Source of the DNA: Paramicrosporidium saccamoebae KSL3
Taxonomy: Eukaryota > Fungi > Cryptomycota
DNA: 10,508 nucleotides
Direction: 5' to 3'
Assembly: GCA_002794465.1 (NCBI GenBank)
Contig: MTSL01000083.1
Coordinates: forward strand, 1-10,508
Shown: piece after piece, positions 6,656-10,508 of the stretch
Numbering within the stretch: the stretch's first letter is position 1
Layout: every line of letters begins with the position of its first letter
Translations under genes and position numbers: made by a program
Notes under the pieces: generated by a model
The model's database searches: none
What the model was told of the DNA's origin: nothing
Seen by the model: only the letters and a program-made list of their open reading frames with translations

Positions 6656-6985
6656 ATGGTGCTAATACACGCATCTCTAATATTGATGGTCCTCGCCATT
6701 GCAAATGGTCTCCCCTCGGGCTTGGTAAATCTGGGCAATACGTGCTATATGAACTCTATTCTACAAAACTTGCACCATCTGCCAATGATGCGACACTGCG
6801 ATATTGCGCAGCGTTGGTCACTAATGTTCCATACGATAGATAACAATAGACTGCGGATCTCTTTTAGAATGATTGGAATCGCCTACTCGGAGAGTCTCAA
6901 GGACCTCTATCTCTCGGCCCCGGTCCTTTATATACAAGCTCTTACACAATCGGCATTCTTTGTTATACATGCAAGGAGACTTTGA
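6656..6985 (+). pseudogene. Truncated signal-peptide + USP Cys-box ORF (109 aa), probable remnant of a secreted deubiquitinase paralogue
   Basis: MVLIHASLILMVLAIANG is followed by LPSGLVNLGNTCYMNSILQNLHHLP, a near-canonical USP Cys-box. It stops at 6985. I found no His-box in any + frame downstream, where the sequence is occupied by SNF5. Confidence 0.7.
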
Positions 6986-8036
6986 CAGACATCGAACAGT
7001 GTTGGCACGGCTCCATGAAAAGTCTCAACAAGAACGTGAGAGCAATTTCATCCGCATTCGTCGACAGCAGCTCGGTTCGATGGAGGCGCGAATTGCCCAC
7101 ACCCGCAAGGAGCGACCACCCATTCTTGTCACAAAGAACGAACGCCGACCCACCGTGGCACTTGGTTGGGTGCCCAGACAGCGCACTGAGCCGGTGCCTA
7201 TACGGCTGGACCTCGAGATGGACGGGTACAAGCTCCGCGACACTCTGTTATGGGACCTCCACGACGAATCCTTGGCAGCAGAGGATTTTGCCGAGTTTAC
7301 CTGTCGGGACTTTGACCTCCCCTTGAGCACATTCTCTCCGGCCATTGTAAAGAGCATTCAACAGCAACTCCAAGAGCATCGTGAGGCCGCCAATATGCTT
7401 AGAAATGCGGGTGGGCCTGCGTCGCTTGCCGGCGTCCGGGCGCTCGTGAAATTGGACATTACCATTGGATTGCTACAGCTTACGGATCAGATTGAGTGGG
7501 ACTTGGGAGAGAGCAAGAACAGTCCAGCAGATTTTGCAGTAGATTATGTTAGGGAATTGGCGCTCCCAGTAGAGTTTATCACAGCCATCACAAACGACAT
7601 TATGGAACAAGTAGCCCACATTCGACGAGCCTTGCTGCTTGTCGGCTACTCAAAGGACTCGAATGGTACGGTCCGTCCTCACGATCCCGAATTACAGCCA
7701 CTGATCCTGCCTGCTCTCAAGGGAACACGTCGTGACCCTAATACACTCAATGATTTCACCCCCATCATCTTAGAGCTCGATCCGGTGGAGGTGGAGAAGA
7801 TTGAACAAAGTCGAGACCGCGAGGCGCGGAGAAAGAGACGTCAGACGCGAGGCAGACGACCAGTCGAGGGTATTTCTATGGTTAATTGGACGCACATTTC
7901 GCCTCCAAAGACCATATTGACGCCACTGTCATATCGCGGCTCTCTACATCGAATGCTTGGTAGGATTGAAGACGACGAGACTACAGATTCTACGACTACA
8001 AGAACAACGACCCGATCACGTCGTTCCAAGAAATAA
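6969..8036 (+). CDS. SNF5: SNF5/SMARCB1/INI1 family chromatin-remodelling subunit (an Sfh1-type paralogue is not excluded)
   Basis: Repeat 1 is PIRLDLEMDGYKLRDTLLWD...FAEFTCRDFDLP...IVKSIQQQL. Repeat 2 is VKLDITIGLLQLTDQIEWDL...SPADFA...ELALPVEF. The C-terminal coiled coil is ELDPVEVEKIEQSRDREARRKRRQTR. The track start at 6873 is TTG; the first in-frame ATG is 6969 (355 aa), so the start is uncertain. Confidence 0.9.
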   Translation: MQGDFDRHRTVLARLHEKSQQERESNFIRIRRQQLGSMEARIAHTRKERPPILVTKNERRPTVALGWVPRQRTEPVPIRLDLEMDGYKLRDTLLWDLHDESLAAEDFAEFTCRDFDLPLSTFSPAIVKSIQQQLQEHREAANMLRNAGGPASLAGVRALVKLDITIGLLQLTDQIEWDLGESKNSPADFAVDYVRELALPVEFITAITNDIMEQVAHIRRALLLVGYSKDSNGTVRPHDPELQPLILPALKGTRRDPNTLNDFTPIILELDPVEVEKIEQSRDREARRKRRQTRGRRPVEGISMVNWTHISPPKTILTPLSYRGSLHRMLGRIEDDETTDSTTTRTTTRSRRSKK

Positions 8037-8161
8037 GAGTGATTCGTGCGAGGTCGGTGAGAAATGGGTCGTATGGCGGCCCTTTAACTCTGTTTAATAG
8101 AAGATATACCTGTGAGAACTTTGTTTCTTATGAGATAGCATGACTACGGACCAGGAATGTC

Positions 8162-8167
8162 AATAAA
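8162..8167 (+). promoter_or_regulatory. Candidate polyadenylation signal AATAAA for SNF5
   Basis: AATAAA in the 301-bp convergent spacer between SNF5 and the esterase; the evidence is position only. Confidence 0.3.
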
Positions 8168-8337
8168 AGGTCTGCTAAACAGTGTCCACTTATTATTAGA
8201 GCAAATCTGACCCAAATGGCGATTCCACGGCCCATTTCTTGTCTATAAAAAACTAGATACTTTAACAAAACGAATGCTCTCATCAATAAGGTATTTTTAC
8301 TCAAACCTCATGCTTCTATAAATTGCAATGGCGATAC

Positions 8338-10266
8338 TTAAAAACGCCGAGGAACTGTCTTTGTAGTGTGAGAACGGGAGTTGTGGGCTGTTGCCTTTGC
8401 GTTGTTTTTGGCCTTTTCAGGATTCACCTTTTTAACTTCCACCTTTTTCACTTCTTTCGTCTTCAGAGTAGCGTCTTTGTGGTCTTTCTTTCCGGGATTT
8501 TCCTTTTCTTCCGTCTTTGTAGCCTTTGACCTTTTTTTCTTGTCAACAATCTGGACAGGAGCTTCCTCTTTATATTCACCTATCACAGAATTCACATCCA
8601 AACTCAATTTCTCAGTGTAGAGCATCTCTACTGCCTGACGGGGATTGATTTTTGTCGCAGGCTTGCACGGTCTGCGTAGTTTCTCAAATGCTGGGCCTTC
8701 ACCCTTGATAAATCCAAACAGTGGACGGAGAACTTGACGGCACTGGGCAGGGCTAGATAGTGATTCAATTGTTCTAGTTCCAGCAGAGTCAAGTTTAGTG
8801 TTAAAAATCAACGCTTGCTCGAGGCCATGGAAGGTCCCCATCGACTCCAGCACATTTAATGCCTCCCCTAACGGAAACTTGTAGAGGTGAGCACTGACCA
8901 TTGCAGCCATTCTCGCCCAGGCGGAGCTAATGATATCCAGAGTGAACTGGAACTGGTGACCATGTGCGGTCAAACCATGTGATCTGTAATATTCCAAAGA
9001 CTTGAGGGCGGGGTTGATAAAGATGGAATCGGTGGCAGCGCAAACAACGGCTTTATAGGAGCTGTTTCCATAATTGGAGGGAGGGTAACTACCTTCGAAA
9101 GATTCGACTAGGTCCTCACGGCCAAGCATAGCCCACAATTGGTGGCCATCCTTTGTTAAATGTTCCTGATTTCTGATACAGAAGAGACCGCAATCATCGG
9201 CTGTTGCAGTGACAAGAATTTCAACACCTTTCATGAACAGACCATTCTTTAGATGATGTTCGGCATTGCCAACCAGATACTTTCCATCACGGACCGGTCC
9301 CCACATTACCTTGATATCACGAGAAGCCTCAACTATCTGAGCTCCTGTCATCTTTTGCAGACACTCTAACAAAGCATCACCCGTCTTAGCTTTACAATCG
9401 GTATTGGCAACCACAAGGTTTTGGCGAGCAATGGCTTCTTCAGTTGTAATGGAATCAAACATGGAAGCTGTTCCGCTCATCAAAATTAGCTTATGGAACG
9501 GATTATTATTCTTAAAGCCAAGGTCCTCCTTCTTGTGGAGCTTAAAATGGACGCACTGGGCCAAGGCAGCCCCAGCCGAATGTCCAATAACTGTCACGTT
9601 ATTAGGATCTCCGTGAAACTTGGCAATATGATCCTGTACCCAGCGGAGTGCCTGAATGATCCCAACTAGAGCCGCGTTGGTGTGGTACTTGTCGGGTTTG
9701 ACAGCATCCTTGCTATGCCAGAAGCCAAGGGCCCCCAGAGGATAGCCGACGTTAACCCAAATCGTGTCGGGACTAAAGTCTTCAAAACGATAAGCGCCCT
9801 GTGGATCATTCAGGGCCATGTTGGGGGCCCCAGCATCCATGCCGCCGCCGTGAATGTAGAATACTACGCGCTTTTTCTCGGCAGTCTTCTCCCCGACTGG
9901 AACGAAAATATCCAATGTATGGCATTTCAAGGCATCAGTTGTCGCACCCCCCGTAGAAATCAATGCATCCACTATCGGTTTAGCTTCTCCAGGCACGTTA
10001 AAGTTGTCTAGCTGGGGACTGATACTGCTAAGCTGAGTAGCATCAATAATCGTCTTCTTATTAGCCTTATAGACGACAGCCTCAGATTCAACAAACAACT
10101 TTTCTCGAGTGGCATATTGGATACCAGTGTACTTGTGCACCGTGAGATTCTTTGGTTTCACTGAAATCTCTGTACCCTTGACATATACATTGTCACCCAA
10201 TTTGACCAATGCCTCACAGAGGGCTGAGGAGAAGAAGCAGGCAATGAGAGCAATTCCAACACGCAT
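8338..10266 (-). CDS. Secreted type-B carboxylesterase/lipase (cholinesterase-like alpha/beta hydrolase) with a Lys-rich C-terminal tail
   Basis: Signal peptide MRVGIALIACFFSSALCEA. Motifs: KCHTLDIFVP, VFYIHGGG (oxyanion hole), YPLGALGF, ALRWVQDHIAKFHGDPNNVTVIGHSAGA (S230, GHSAG at nt 9571-9585), LILMSG, WGPVRDG and GTFHGLEQ (H480). Confidence 0.92.
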   Translation of the reverse strand: MRVGIALIACFFSSALCEALVKLGDNVYVKGTEISVKPKNLTVHKYTGIQYATREKLFVESEAVVYKANKKTIIDATQLSSISPQLDNFNVPGEAKPIVDALISTGGATTDALKCHTLDIFVPVGEKTAEKKRVVFYIHGGGMDAGAPNMALNDPQGAYRFEDFSPDTIWVNVGYPLGALGFWHSKDAVKPDKYHTNAALVGIIQALRWVQDHIAKFHGDPNNVTVIGHSAGAALAQCVHFKLHKKEDLGFKNNNPFHKLILMSGTASMFDSITTEEAIARQNLVVANTDCKAKTGDALLECLQKMTGAQIVEASRDIKVMWGPVRDGKYLVGNAEHHLKNGLFMKGVEILVTATADDCGLFCIRNQEHLTKDGHQLWAMLGREDLVESFEGSYPPSNYGNSSYKAVVCAATDSIFINPALKSLEYYRSHGLTAHGHQFQFTLDIISSAWARMAAMVSAHLYKFPLGEALNVLESMGTFHGLEQALIFNTKLDSAGTRTIESLSSPAQCRQVLRPLFGFIKGEGPAFEKLRRPCKPATKINPRQAVEMLYTEKLSLDVNSVIGEYKEEAPVQIVDKKKRSKATKTEEKENPGKKDHKDATLKTKEVKKVEVKKVNPEKAKNNAKATAHNSRSHTTKTVPRRF

Positions 10267-10508
10267 ATATCACTGAAGAAATTAGGACCCCTGGCAAATT
10301 TATTAGCCGCGGCGTGCCCCCAGATCCCCATTTGAGGGGTGTCCCGGATTATTCTGGACAATTTGTGGGGTTTAAGTAAAAGACCCTTTATTAAAATCCC
10401 TGGTCCGTAAGCGCACTATACTATCTCGCATATCCCAATTTAATTGCAGCGTCCAGGGCCGGGGGTCAGAGCACTTTGGTTTTTTTGCGGTTCATGCATT
10501 CCGTGCAT

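Noticed and set aside
6873-6968. ORF-track N-terminal extension of SNF5 (MESPTRR...)
   Set aside because: It starts at TTG, not ATG, which is unlikely for a eukaryotic gene, and I cannot recognise SNF5 similarity in it.
6656-8036. Spliced USP-SNF5 fusion gene
   Set aside because: The plausible GT-AG pairs I tested either hit stops (TGA 6870, or TGA soon after 6988), are too short, or have non-consensus donors. A signal peptide on nuclear SNF5 is also implausible.
10420-10508. Minus-strand resemblance to U1 snRNA words (TGCAC, GTGC..TGACCCC, CTGCA)
   Set aside because: Stem-loop III cannot be formed and no proper Sm site follows. The 5' end would lie outside the window, so it is unsupported.

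Overview
Gene-dense eukaryotic DNA in the standard genetic code, with 185-830 bp intergenic spacers and no introns needed to build any gene. The gene content is fungal-like. A compact-genome Rozellomycota/early-microsporidian-type parasite is my inference, not something the sequence proves. Seven coding units: (1) a minus-strand ORF at 1..1117 that the ORF track missed because it runs off the left edge, encoding a signal peptide fused directly to a compact USP/peptidase C19 deubiquitinase with an intact Cys/His/Asn-Asp triad and a poly-Gly tail; (2) an Mrn1/Nrd1-type four-RRM protein; (3) PIG-X/Pbn1; (4) a divergent non-RD Ser/Thr-type kinase with an N-terminal signal anchor; (5) a second signal-peptide + USP Cys-box ORF that is truncated and overlaps (6) SNF5; and (7) a secreted type-B carboxylesterase with a Lys-rich tail. 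The main lead is a set of normally cytosolic or nuclear signalling enzymes (two deubiquitinases and a kinase) carrying secretory N-termini, interleaved with housekeeping genes. This would fit host-directed effectors of an intracellular eukaryote. Smaller signals include three phased CCAAT boxes, a 7-bp minisatellite and recurrent promoter-proximal motifs.
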